Shown one piece after another: positions 22,371 through 35,100 of a DNA stretch of 64,000 bases. Source of the stretch: Mobula hypostoma (lineage: Eukaryota); assembly GCF_963921235.1 (NCBI RefSeq), contig NC_086118.1, positions 25,670,001 through 25,734,000 on the forward strand, given 5' to 3'. Each line of letters starts with the position of its first letter. Positions within the stretch are counted from its first letter, which is position 1. Made by a program: the position numbers and the translations under genes. The notes below the pieces were generated by a model. The model ran no database searches and was not told the DNA's origin. It was given only the letters and a program-made list of their open reading frames with translations.

Positions 22371-25229
22371 GAAGATTTACAATGTGAAAACTAACAAGAG
22401 ACAAGCAACATGGCTTACAACAGAAGTGAATGACAAATTAATTAAAAATGGAATTGGATACTGGCTTAGCTGTTTCAGCCATTCATAAAATTAGTTCAAA
22501 CAGCATTTCGAAGATACTGAACTGAAGCTGGCAGATATCTAACACAGTCCTTAAACTGGAGAAATGAATACTCCTGTGGGAATGATATTCATAACAATGA
22601 AATGCAACAACTAACAACTCACATTGGCCTTGCATGCAATAAAAACAGGAGGCCCAGCATTGTGGAGTTATGATAGGCTGAGACAAATACAACTTGATTG
22701 AAGATCTGTCCACCATTTGCATGTCACATCCCCTGCAAAAGAGTCAACTGAAAGTGAATTAAGAAAGGTACTGGATGATGCCACAGCAGTGTTCAAGAGT
22801 GCCTTTGGAAAACTCAAACATATCAGGGGTAAAATAGTGTTAAATAGAAATACCACATCCAAGTTTTAAAAAGTCCGTTCAGTTCTTTATGCCATCTGTG
22901 ATAAAGTGGCCAGTGTGATAGATCCTATGGAGGCTGAAGGAATTCTTTCCAAGGTTGAGTGGAGCCCACAGGCAATGCTAGTGGTCCCAGCAGCCAAGAG
23001 TAATGGGTCTGTCATGATCTGTAGTGGTCTAAATTCACCATCAATCCAGTATTGAAAGTAGATCAACACCCTCTTCCCAGGATAGAGGATATTTTTGCAA
23101 ACCTTTCCGAAGGGAAGCACTTCAGCAAAGTAGCCAAGGTCTACCGACAGATGGAGAAGGAAGAAGAGTCAAAAGTGTTTCTCACCTAAACGATCACAAA
23201 GTGCTTTGTCTCAAAAGAAGCATGTCGGACAAACAGCTGAAACAAATTGGGGGCTCCTCAAACAAGAAGGTTTGATGTTTCACTGCTGGACAGGAGTCCT
23301 GATGAGGAACTACAGAAGTGATAAAATTAAGGACAGAACTAGGCAACTCGCCTACACAGTGGAGATTGTGTCTGATGTCATCTAGAGATGACACATCGAT
23401 CAGTTGAGGAGCTCAGAGGCAATTGTTAGAGAAGAACGGAGTTCAGAGCTGTCAGAACCACTTCCTGCAGTGCCAGAATCAGCTTCTACAACCACATTGG
23501 AGGAGGTCCCAGAACCTGAGATTGTTTCATAGCTAGATGTCTCAGCTACCAAGCAGAGTGACCCCACACCCCACCCCACCTTGTCAGGAAAAACGCTATC
23601 ACATAAGGGTAAGGAATCCTCCAAAACAACTAAATGTTTAGGCTTGAATGGGACAATTTAAAATTTACTTTGCTGTGGCTATCTATATAGTGGCTGTATT
23701 ATATGATATATTGTGTATATTAGATGACTAGAGAGAAATATGTATCAGATTTGAGTTGAGATGCGTTCTATATTGAGTTGAAGTTTATAGCTAAGTAGGA
23801 AGGAGTGTGGTGTATGTAATATTTGGGTAATATTGTAAATATATTGCTTGATGAAGCATTCTTTGTTGTTTACGTAATTCATAGTGATTTATATGTGCTG
23901 TGATGTGAACAATTTCACCGGAGAGACGTAGCTGGTAGATATGGAGTAGTCTCTTACTTGACAAAATGAGATACAGCAGGCATCATATTGAGACCCTTGC
24001 AGAGGAAGAGGCCTGCTCGACCCAACACACACATGACACTTTATATGCTAAAGATCAAAGGACAATCCTATATTTACAACGTATCTGCAATGCTTCCTTT
24101 GAAGTACACCTAATTCTTGCACCCACATTCCAGACAATGTTAAACAGCATTGTCCAGCCCTTCAATCAACTGCTGTTTTCACAGGTCTAGGATTCCATTG
24201 TCCAAAGTTGCATTTTGAATTTAATCTACAGTCCATATTCAGATCTGAAGACTGGTGTCTGAAGTTAGTTGCTGAAGTTATTTGCTCTATGTCATAACCC
24301 CAAAAGTGCCCTAACCATCCCCTCCTCTCGACCCTTATAGACAAAAACGTCCTTTGTACCAGGAAGGACCAACCTTAAGGAGGATCTACTCAAGTCGGGC
24401 AGCGTAAATACCCTGCTTCGGGATTCTCCTGAGTTAATCTATGTGCATCTATATCATCCCTAATGGCTACCCACAATATACTGAGCAGAGAGCTCATTCC
24501 AGAAATTTGGCCAACAGTCTTTAAAATGCAGCTTTGTCAGTCGCTTGCCTGTTACCTCCTTCTCTGCTGGCCGATTGCAGTTTAATCACATTCTTTAACT
24601 TCACCCCTTCATTCTCTGATAGCTAAATTGCTCTCTTTCCAGAGGCACCAGCAACGTAAATGTATCAGGCTCACAGGCCCTCTCATTCATGTACAGGAGC
24701 GGTTAGAGTACTCTCTATTTGAATGATTGCAAGAACCTGTCCATGGTGGCACTCCCTTCCAGACTGTCTCTTCAATTGCTGGCCCAACCACTGAAAGGGC
24801 CCAGCTCATTTGAATTCACTCCCCATTCATGCTGGAGTGACTGCCTTCCGATGCCATGTGCAATTTCTTCTCTTTCTCAGCCTGCCACGCCATCGAAGTT
24901 GTGGAACCTGATGGCTCTGCTGTAACTTGGATCCATTCCCATCAATTTTCCCAATATCTTTTCTATTCTATGCTGCACAACTAGTCATCTACTTTCAGCA
25001 GCCAGTCTATATTACAGAGTACCATTACTATTAGACTTTAACATGTTATTCACAGCTTTCTGTCACACTCTCATTGTGCTCTGCCTTCATGTTTGCTGTG
25101 GGTCTGCTTCCATCTGCTGTGGTTAGGTCTGAAGCAGCTGTCTGGTTTTCATCTCTTAGGTTCTCTGCAATTACACTGTTCCCAGGAACGCTTGATCTCT
25201 CACTCTGTCTGAAGTGGCAACAAAAAGCT

Positions 25230-28200
25230 GAGTTATCCAGTTTAACCCAAGTCCAGTGCTTCCACTGGCTGCCCCATTGGGACAGAACACTAATGCTGGC
25301 ATCATCTGTTTAGAGCACCACATGTGGTTCAATCCATCTGAGAGCAAACCCTGCCTTTCCCCCATCTTACTTCCTCCAAAAGGGGCTTCCCTTCTTTAAT
25401 TAAGGCCTGTATGAGACCCACTAGTGCTGAGAACCCTGGTATGGAGATACGGCAGTAAATGAATAGACCCATTACCTTTGTACTCCCTTTACATCCTTGC
25501 CACAGAGTGAGTACAAAGAAGGTTCACCAGATTGATTCCTGGGATGGCAGGACTTTCATATGATGAAAGGCTGGATCAACTAGGAAGCATTGCAGATACG
25601 TTGTAAATATAGGATTGTCCTTTGATCTTTAGCATATAAAGTGTCATGTGTGTGTTGGGTCGAGCAGGCCTCTTCCTCTGCAAGGGTCTCAATATGATGC
25701 CTGCTGTATCTCATTTTGTCAAGTAAGAGACTACTCCATATCTACCAGCTACGTCTCTCCGGTGAAATTGTTCACATCACAGCACATATAAATCACTATG
25801 AATTACGTAAACAACAAAGAATGCTTCATCAATGCTTTCTAGAACATGAATTTTTTTCAGTCTTGGATATCGTCAATGGATTTTGAGGGCTTTTAGGACC
25901 GAGATTAGGAAAAACTTCTTCACACAAAGAGTGGTGAATCTGTGGAATTCTCGGCCACAGGAAACAGTTGAGGCCAGTTCATCGGCTATATTTAAGAGGG
26001 AGTTAGATATGGCCCTTGTGGCAAAGGGATCGGGGGTATGGAGGGAAGGCTGGTACAGGGTTCTGAGTTGAATGATCAGCCATGATCGTACTGAATGGCG
26101 ATGCAGGCTCGAAGGGCCGAATGGCCTACTCCTGCACCTATCTTCTATGTTTCTATGTTTACGTTTACTGGGCTCAGCATGGAGCTGACTGCAGAACGTC
26201 TGATATCTGGCATGTCCTTCCTCCCCCGGGAAATCATATAGCCTAGATACTGTACGGTTGGCTTTCCTCTCTGATCCTTGTGTCAATTGGTTTTAAACCT
26301 CTGGACTCGCAGTATCTCTAAAACACTGGCTACAGCCCCTCAGACCCCTGCTTCATCTTTCTAAGCAATTATTAGATCATCTACATATTGTAAGCCTGTC
26401 GGCTGGTAGGGTGTCAGATTGAGCTTTTCCCAAAGTCTGCGCCATGACCATATGAAAAATGGTTGGGCTATTGTGGAATCCCTGGGGGAACCTGGTCCAC
26501 TTATACAGCTGCCACCCAGGGTGAAGGCAAATTGGTCTTGGGGCTCAGGTGCTAAAGAGAGCCCTCAAAATCCATTGACGATATCCAAGACTGAAAAAAA
26601 TTCATGTTCTAGAAACAGGGCATTCAGAATTGTAATAGGGCTTGCCACAATTGGATACAATCTCAGTGTCATCTTATTAAGGGCAGTATAGTCTATTCTT
26701 AACCAATATGATCTAACTGGCTTCCTTACTGGCCATATAGGCGAGTTAGTGGTTGACGCAGTCTCTCTTAGTATCCCCTGGTACTTTCTTCACTATACTC
26801 TGAACCATTTTCAGGGCATCAACTTTTATAGGATTCTGCTTATGGGGTTTATGCAGGTCCTCCTCCATCTTAACTGGGTTTATCTTTACTCAGCTGCAAA
26901 CTTGCTTGTGTCTAGCCCACACCGCTGGGAACTGCTGTCAAAGTAACTGATAGACACTATCCTGGTTCCTGTCTCTGATGATCAGAGCAGCTGGCTCATT
27001 TATTTACTCTATTGGTTGTATGTGTTCACTGCCCTTGACTTGTCAATATTACTTCTCCCTTTCCAGAATCAACAATGGCCCCTGCTTCCCTTAGGATGTC
27101 TTTTCTGAAGACAATATCCTCATTATTTGGATACACCCAGAGATCTACAGGAAGCTGCACCCTTTCACGCTCAAGTACCCGGGGCTGACTTCTCTCTGGC
27201 CTCATTGTTTCACTTCCTGCACTGGTAATGTAAATCACCTCTCCCGTCATGGGCATGAGTAGATCACTTATTGATACTGGTGACCCGGTGTCTGCCAACA
27301 TTTCACATTGCTAGCCCTTAATAAACCTCTTGTATACGTCCCTGGATGACCAATACTGACAACAGAGGCTGCCATTAGTTGTTTGTCTTACCTCACCAGC
27401 TCCATAGTCTGGTCAGCAATAAAATCAGAAAGAGAGGTGCTGCTGTGGATTCTCCCTGAGTGATTTTTACACTTCCATTGTTTTTCAGTGCACTATGTCC
27501 AACCATGGTCTGAGAAGCCACAACTGTGACAAATCATCCCTTTTACCCTCCCATATCTATTCTAGCAGTTCCTTGCTACATGCTCTGGCTGCCGGCACAC
27601 AAAACAAGTTCTCTGTGATATCACAGCAGCTACATTCACTACAGCCACCTTAAACATCTCTTCCCCCTCCTCTGGTATATCTCATTGGCCCATGATACTA
27701 TCACAGAGTGGGTCAATCCCTCCACTATGCCCAAATCAAAAACTTCCTAGAGAGCTGAGCTTAGGCCGTCCTTCAGCATTTTCATGTAGTCTCTCCCTGG
27801 ATTATCCAACTCTAAATACTCCTCATATGCTCAATATTTATGTTCTGTATAATCTATGGCTGGCTCATCAGTTCTCTGAATCACTGACATTATTGTTCCC
27901 CAGTGACTCTCACCTTTCCCCAGTTGCTGCCCCACGTCCACTTTAAAGAAACAAAATCTCCCTTCATTGCTGGCATTCCTGGTAGTTGTCCATATACCAT
28001 CCTGCACTCCCTGGGCCATACTGTCCCACATATACCTCTGGCACTTTGCTTTTACCAACACATGAATACCTTTAGGGTGTGTCTGGTCAATTTCAACCAT
28101 TTCCTCAAACCTGCGCTGGAATTCTGAATTCCCACATGCGACTTTAAGTGAGGGTTACTCTGACAAAACGCTTTGTTTCTGCCTGGGGATGAAGGACTTA
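25230..28200 (-). pseudogene. gag-pol: Decayed gag-pro-pol of the retrovirus-like element
   Basis: CHSCGFSDHGWT*C knuckle ~27490-27530; protease LADTGS; RT NSPIWPVRKP..IDYTALNK, LDIVNGF, PQGFHNSPTIF, YVDD (26376-26387); thumb GLFIYCRISIPGFS; integrase C-terminus-like RWIEPHVV..WKHWTWVK. Confidence 0.85.
25503..26160 (+). mobile_element. Young CR1 3' fragment carrying two inverted templated inserts
   Basis: CR1 at 25503-25584 and ~25890-26160 with a TTTCTATG-type tail; same subfamily as 54390-54712. Confidence 0.9.
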
Positions 28201-29349
28201 TAAATGGTCATAATCAAGGTCAAGGGATGGTTCAGGTCATCAGTGTTCTCAGCATGATGTTGCCTGATTTCAATAGATGGCAGATATATCTGGGTCAAAC
28301 CTCTCCCTGAGATATCACCACACTAATTCCCACACTTTGATGGATACAAGTTAAACAGTACATACTTAAAACCACAGAGTACGTACTCTGCAATCTGCCA
28401 CTTATGAGCACCTGAACTCATAATGCCTGTTGTATTCCTTTGCATTTAAGTGTAACACTGTGGTTACAGAAGTATTGTTGAAACACATTCACACTCACAA
28501 ATACAGTACCCAGAACGAATATACACACCCCCACTGGTGTCCTGAATCTTCAATAACCACCCTTTGCACCAAATTAATACACAAAGTTTAATCTCATACA
28601 TAAGCACCCATGCACTCCTTTTATATCTACCAGTTCAGCTCTCCACCATGTCCGTGATGCCAAGTGATCCCATAGCCACTGAACTGAACAGGTCCAAGTG
28701 TAAGTAGTAATTTTTAAAATACTCACCCACTCAGACTGCTGCTGAGATTGCTGGCCACACAATGGGTCTCAAGAAGGTATCCCAGATGAGCCCCCAAAAT
28801 GTTGTCAGGTGAACAAAGTCACTGGAGAGATGTAGCTGGTAGATATGGAATGGTCTTTTATTTGACAAAATGAGACACAGCAGGCATTATATTGAGACCC
28901 TTTTGGAGGAAGAGGCCTGCTTGACCCAACACTACATGCATTTCATATGCTAAATATCAAAGGTCAATTCTATATTTATAATGTATCTAGAATGCCTCCT
29001 TCAAACCACACATAACTTTCACCACACACTACAAACAATGTTAATCACAGCTCTAGGATCCCATTGTCCAGAGCTGCATTTTAAAGTTAATCTACAGTCC
29101 ATATTCAGATCTGAAGATTGGTGGCTGAAGTTAGTTGCTGAAGTTATTTGCTGTATGTCCTAACCCAAAAAACACCCTAATGGCATGTAAGAAGAAGGTG
29201 ATTGGAATACTTCATTATGCTGCCACATCATATTTGAGTGTCTTACTAAAGAAAATCAATAAGAGATTAGACAAGTTTATCGCAGAGCCTGTGTTTTTAT
29301 TTTGAATAGTTTCTGGAGTTACAAAACATAACAGGAGGCCTATCTGTGT

Positions 29350-29620
29350 GTGTGAGTAGGTTACATGGGTGTTGGGGTGGGGGATACTGAGAAATGGGCT
29401 TGGTTTGCTACTATTTTCTTGTTTTGTTATTATTGTTTTTGCTTTTGTTGTCCTACTGAAAGTTGTGGGCAAGCTACTGTATGTTAGTGCCAGAATGTGT
29501 TGCAACACTTGTAGACTGCACCCAGTACATCCTTGGAGGTGTTGGTTGTTAACGCAATTGACACTTTTCTCTGTATGTTTTGATATACATGTGATAAGTA
29601 AATCTGAATCTGAATCCCTC
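29350..29620 (+). mobile_element. Rex1-tail repeat/SINE 3' part
   Basis: Tail ...TACATGTGATAAGTAAATCTGAATCTGAAT; similar to 47056-47200. Confidence 0.6.
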
Positions 29621-29739
29621 TATATAAACTGACAGGCTCTCTGCCTCATACAGCAATGAACAGATATTTCTTTCAGCTAAATTTTGGAAAGACCTTTTGA
29701 TTGATTTCAGTTACCGCAGATATTGTTTTGCCATCAACA

Positions 29740-30520
29740 GGCTGGGTAATAGTTTGAGTCAAACCAGAACACTTTTCATGAAATATTTGACCTGAAATGA
29801 GATTTGAATCACATATCTTGGCCATCACATATCCATGCCTATTTCTACTGTCCCTCTCTCGGCTCATCTACAGCTGAAAGCTTTATATATAGACATTAAC
29901 TCTAGATCTTTTAGTCTATCATATGCCTGACTACCCTCTCTCTCCTACCATGCTCTGTAAACTACTGCTTTTTAAAAATTCCATCAATTCTTGCTCACTG
30001 TCATCTGGCTAATTCCTCAGCCAGAGAGTAGTGAATCTGTGGAATGCAGACTGTGGTGGAGGTCAAGTCCGTAGGTATATTTAAACCTGAAGCTGATCAT
30101 TTCCTGATCAGCAGAGCATCAAAGGTTATTGCAAGAAGGCAGATGTATGGGGTTGAGTGGGATCTGGGATCTGACATGATAGAATGGCATAGCAGACTTG
30201 ATGGGCTGAATGGCCTAATTCTGTTCCTATGTCTTATGGTCTAATCTTATTGATCCACTCTGACTTCTTAAATAACTCCTTGATGCCCCCCCTTATCTGA
30301 CTGATTCCTCTTCCTGTAACTTCCTCCAGTCCTACAATCCACCAAGATCTCTAATTCTTGCTTCTTACTCATTGCAAGTTTAATTGTAGACCATTGACCT
30401 CAGCTGCCGAGACTATAAACTCTGGACTTCCCTCTTCTTTTATTTCATGAGATTTTTAAAAATCTGCCTCGCTGACCAAATTTTTGATTGTTTGCCCATA
30501 TTATTCCTTATGTGGCCTGA
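29740..30520 (+). mobile_element. Old L2-like fragment interrupted by a CR1 3' end (30010-30245)
   Basis: CR1 RVVNLWN motif and tail inside a decayed L2-like 3' sequence. Confidence 0.55.
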
Positions 30521-30674
30521 AGTCAAACGTCTTTTGACAATAAACTAGTGAATATTCCTCTTGTGCATTCTCACAATATGGCCAGCTGCACCATCAGTTG
30601 CTTTGACTCTAAACCCTTCAATTGCCTCCCCTCACCTCTTTACACCCCTTTCTCCTTTCAGACATTCTTAAAAT

Positions 30675-30905
30675 CAGAATGTGAATCTGAATCAGGTTTA
30701 ATATCACCAGCATTTGTCATAAATATTTTTTAACATTGTGGCAGCAGTACAATGCAATGCATAATAAATAAACAAAAAAACTGAATTACAGTAAGTATAT
30801 ATATATGTATATTAAATAGTTAAATTAAGATAAGCAGTGCAAGCAGTAGAATTTCTTTTAAAAAGTAGTGCATAGTATTCATGGTTTTAATGTTCATTTA
30901 AAAAT
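30675..30905 (-). mobile_element. Rex1/Babar 3' tail
   Basis: GAATCAGGTTTAATATCACC tail; reverse homologue of 48800-48900. Confidence 0.7.
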
Positions 30906-31659
30906 TGGACCTAGAATTCAGATTTAGAAATCATCACTTGGAGCAAAATTTCTCCTGACCTAGGATTTCATATAAATGTTGTAAATGTTTAATAATTGCT
31001 CCTGTGAAGAACTATGTTCAGGAATCTTTATAAACACCAATTTGCTGTTGGTTCTCAAATAACCTAAAAAAACAAGCCTTTTCGCAGCCTGTTTTCACAG
31101 ATACTATTATATTCCATTAATGCCACAGAAATTTTTCATCAGTGTCAATTCCAAGATTACATGCTGAGACAAATAAGTAAGGCTTTGAAAATGTGCCTTT
31201 AAAATTATGTGCTCAAATGTAGTTCACCTGAAAATTTTCACATTGCTTCATGGTTCATTATTTGTTTGACAAGCTCAGTGAGGCTATGGTATCATGATCT
31301 CCCAAGTGGCAGAGCACTTTAAAGGTTGCAGCTCCCTTTTAGTTCCTAAAATTATCTCCACAGCACCCTGTGGGATGCTGTGGCAACCACTAATTTAAAT
31401 TCCGCAACTACAGTAATCCACTTTGATTCAATTACTTTGTAGGCCTGAGGAAAATCTGTTCCAAGTATTAAGGAGATCACATGTTTAGCTATAAAATTAA
31501 AACAAATTTTATGGATTATTTTATGACCTAAGAGTAACTAAATACCAGGAAGGTGGAAGAAAATTAAAGATAATTCCCTTAGCAAAGGTAGTTATTAAAA
31601 AGCACAGTCCTTCTAATTTCAAAAGTAACTAAAATACTAAAGATGCTAAGATACTAAAA

Positions 31660-32500
31660 TGGTGGTGGGGGTGTCTTGTTGATAGTGAAGCAGGTTACAA
31701 TGAATTTCGAAGAGATTTTGATCAGTTAGCGAGATGGGCTGAGGAATGGCGATTGGATTTAACATAGATAAGCGTGAGATGATCCATTGAGTAGGACCTA
31801 TTTTGTGAATGGCAGGGGATTGACAAATGTGGAAAAGAGGGGCTTAGGAGGACAAGTGCACAGTTTAGTGAAAGCAGACAAGCAGGTAGACATGGTGATG
31901 AAGCAGGTGTTCAGCATGTTAGCCTGCATCACTCAAGGCATCAAGTTTACGAGCAGAGGCATGTTATACAAGTCGTTGGTGTGACCGCAATTGGAGTATT
32001 AAGTACAGTTTTGATCACTCTGTTAAAGGAAAGAAATTGTCAAATGGAGAGGATGCAGAAGAGTTTGACAAGGATACTGCCTGGACTAAAGGGTTGGAGT
32101 AACAAGGAGTGGTTGGCCACGCTGGATTTTTACTCCATGGACTTCATAGCGGCAACTTCATAGAAGTTTATAAAGTCATGAGGAGTATGGATAAGGTGGA
32201 TTGTTGTAGCTTTTCCTCAGTGTTGGAGAGTCCAAAGCTAGAGGGCACAGATACAAGACAGGAGGTGAGTGATTTGAGGGACCTGAGATGTAATATTCAG
32301 TAATGAGAACCTGGAATGAGCTACCAGACGATGTGATCGAGGTGGATAGAATTGCTACATTTAAGAGGCATTTGGATGGAGACTGAGGGCTTGAAAGGTT
32401 ATGATCCAAACATGGGCAACTCAGACTAGCAGGGAGGTTGCTGCGGTTGGCATGGACCAATTGGGTCAACGGGTTTACTTCTGTGCTTTCTGACTCCAAA
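31660..32500 (+). mobile_element. Old CR1 RT/3' fragment
   Basis: MLYKSLV, ERMQKSLTRILPGL, NFIEVYKVMRSMDKVD. Confidence 0.8.
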
Positions 32501-32899
32501 ATCTTACAGGTTCTCTCAAGTCAACAATAATACAAATCATGAAAAAATTAAATACTAATACCTTTGGTGAGTTCTTATGGTACTGTAAACCCTTTTGCAA
32601 AGGGAAAGTCTTTCTAATAGGTCATTATCCTGTTCAACTGTCTAGTTTTATGTGCAATTGAGGAATTATAATTTTTGATTGGAATTTAAAGTTATTCAAG
32701 TTTATTGTATCACTACCCCCTTCAGCTACAAGTACTCCTGCTACTTTAATAGAAACCATCAAAATTACAATGATTGTTTATGGTAAATAACATTTATTCT
32801 TTACAGGCATATTCCCAGTATTCAAAACAGTAAATTATTTGTCACAAATAATGGTTGTATTTTTCAATAATATGCTTGGAGGATTTGACCTCTGAATCT

Positions 32900-33260
32900 T
32901 AGAACGACACAGATAAAGGCCACTCAACCCATCAGGTTCATGCAAGTTCTTGAGGAGCAATCCTTTGTGCCATTGCCTCTCGTTATTTCTCTGTCGTCCT
33001 GCATCTTATTCTCTCTCATACATGCCTGTCAGCTCCCATTTGTTTCAGGTTCTGCCATTTACTATGCTGAATGGTAATTCACAGGAGCCAATTTAATCTG
33101 CCAGCATATCTCTGGAATGTTTGAGGGAAGCAGATTACCCGGCGGAAACAGACACGGTCACAGGGAGAGAACGTGCATTCTCCACACACAAAAAAAAGCA
33201 TGTGAGGTCTGGATAAACCCAGATTCCTGAAGCCATGAGACTGCAGTGCCTTTGTGTAGC
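32900..33260 (-). mobile_element. V/HE1-type tRNA SINE (old)
   Basis: V-domain reverse complement ACACGGTCACAGGGAGAGAACGTGCATTCTCCACAC; CR1-like tail. Confidence 0.7.
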
Positions 33261-33896
33261 CCTAGAAATTCATATATATTTTCATTTACTCTCACTTGTA
33301 AAATGAATGTAAGAATGTGAAGAAACAGCAAGGATAGGTCATTGAATAATGATTGTAGATGATTACATCATTTTCCTTCTCTCCCTACATTTATTTCAGG
33401 CTATCCAGATAATAATATATGATGCCACGAATGCTAAACAGACTGTTAATATACCAGCTAGATGATGGTAGATTTTAAGCCATTATTTCATAAGTCATCT
33501 ATAATCCATGCACAATTACTAAAAAGAATTTTTCACAAAGTCGATTTTGTTTACTCCAAAATCCAATCTGCTTTGACAACGTGAGGCATAGTGAAGCTCT
33601 TCATACAGAATACCTTTCCAGTTGCAATACACGCTGCAGGTTTTTGGCATTGCGCTGTTTCCGTTTTGCAATATTCGACATTTTAATTATTTTTTTAGTC
33701 GATGCTTAGGTGACACTTTTCCCCTTTTCATTTTCATCTTTCATCAAGTGGTGCAGGAAAGAATGTATGCGTACATTATTATCCCCAAGTTATGGAAAGT
33801 GGACCTCATGTGAAATCAATGTTTGGCAGACGTGGGCACCATTGTACCTGATCCCACTGATTCACTGAAGGGTGGTGGTTAAGATATGCTTTAGAG

Positions 33897-33976
33897 CAGG
33901 GGTTCCCAGCCTGGGGCCTTCAGAGCCTTTGCTTAATGGTATTGGTCCATGGCATAAAAAAGGTTGAGAACCCCTG
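33897..33976. mobile_element. 80-bp hAT (Charlie-like) MITE
   Basis: TIRs CAGGGGTTCCCAGCCT and AGGTTGAGAACCCCTG; perfect 8-bp TSD CTTTAGAG. Confidence 0.92.
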
Positions 33977-34044
33977 CTTTAGAGTCTTTGTATCTACTGT
34001 GAAGGCCCACAAGAAAACAAATCTCAGGATATTATATAGTGACA

Positions 34045-34553
34045 TACACGCAGTGTTCACTTTATTAGGTACCTCCTGTACACCTGCTCATTAATGCAAG
34101 TATCTAAATAGCCAATCAATGCATAAATACATGCAGATATTGTTCAGACCAAACATCAGAATGGGGAAGAAATGTGATCTAAGTGACTTTGACCTTGGAA
34201 TGAGTGTTGATACCAGACTGGGTGGTTTGAGTATCTCAGAAACTTCTGATCTCCTGGGATTTTCATGTCCAACAGTCATAAAGTTTACTGAGAATGGTGC
34301 AAGGAATAAAAAATATTCAGTGAGCAGCAGTTCTGTGGATGAAAATGCCTTGTTAATGGGAGAGGTCAAAGGTAAATGGCCAGACCGGTTCAATCTGACA
34401 GAAAAGCAACAGTAACTCAACTAACCATGCGTTATAACAGTGGTGTGCAGAAGAGAATCTCTGAATGCACAACATGTTGGAAATTGAAGTGGATGGGCTA
34501 CAGCAGCAGAAGACCATGAAAGTACACTCAATGGCCATTTTATTAGGTACAGG
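34045..34553 (+). mobile_element. Tc1-derived non-autonomous element (transposase N-terminus remnant)
   Basis: MGKKCDLSDFDLGMSVDTRLGGLSISETSDLLGFSCPTV HTH; TA-CAC start; terminal sequence recurs at ~34522. Confidence 0.85.
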
Positions 34554-35100
34554 AATGAATACTTAGCAGAGAAGAGACTCTTTGGCAAATGGTTAATAGC
34601 TAGGACAATGAAGACTGTAGTTAAAGACTATTTTAATGATGAAATTTCATTCCTCTGACTCATCATCTGTTTTTTCAATTGGATTGCATTCATTTAATAT
34701 GTTTAATTTATTTTAAGCCTAATACACAGTATCTAGAAATTAATATTACGTGCTTGCTCAGAACACACTCGAGGATTATTTATTAATTACCACTTATTTA
34801 TTAAGCTCCACATTCTATCACACACTTGAACACTACATGTCTACATTAAATTCAGCAATTTGCAAGCAGGGTATGCTTTGGTGTATTGAGACTTTTAGCA
34901 ATCATATCCATGGAGAACAAAACTGGAAATAAAATCACATGCATCTGTGAATTCTCACTTGGATGTGAGGACAGCAAAGAGTGTTGCAATAATAAAATAT
35001 ACCTAATCATTTACATGCATCAAACAATCAAACAGGATGGCTATACACTGCAGCCTCTAGCCGGATTAACAGTTGTGGTAGAGATGGTATAAATGGTACC

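Larger units (their letters stand above)
23896..29181 (-). mobile_element. Endogenous retrovirus-like LTR element, internally deleted
   Basis: 5' LTR ~29181-28800; PBS TGGGGGCTCATCTGGGAT (~28779-28796, tRNA-Pro); PPT GAGAGGAGGGGA (24319-24330); 3' LTR 24318-23896. Confidence 0.9.
20797..29333 (+). mobile_element. Second Gypsy LTR element, internally deleted; 3' LTR split by a retrovirus-like insertion
   Basis: 5' LTR ~20797-21003; PBS-like TGGCAATGAG 21005-21014; gag MAGYIGKIDAF...LNDALRD; protease MELDTG ~22448; RT start ~22900-23190; PPT 23793-23805; 3' LTR 23806-23895 plus 29186-29333. Confidence 0.88.

Noticed and set aside
33399..33470. Strong polypyrimidine-AG acceptor
   Set aside because: Stops in all frames and a weak donor
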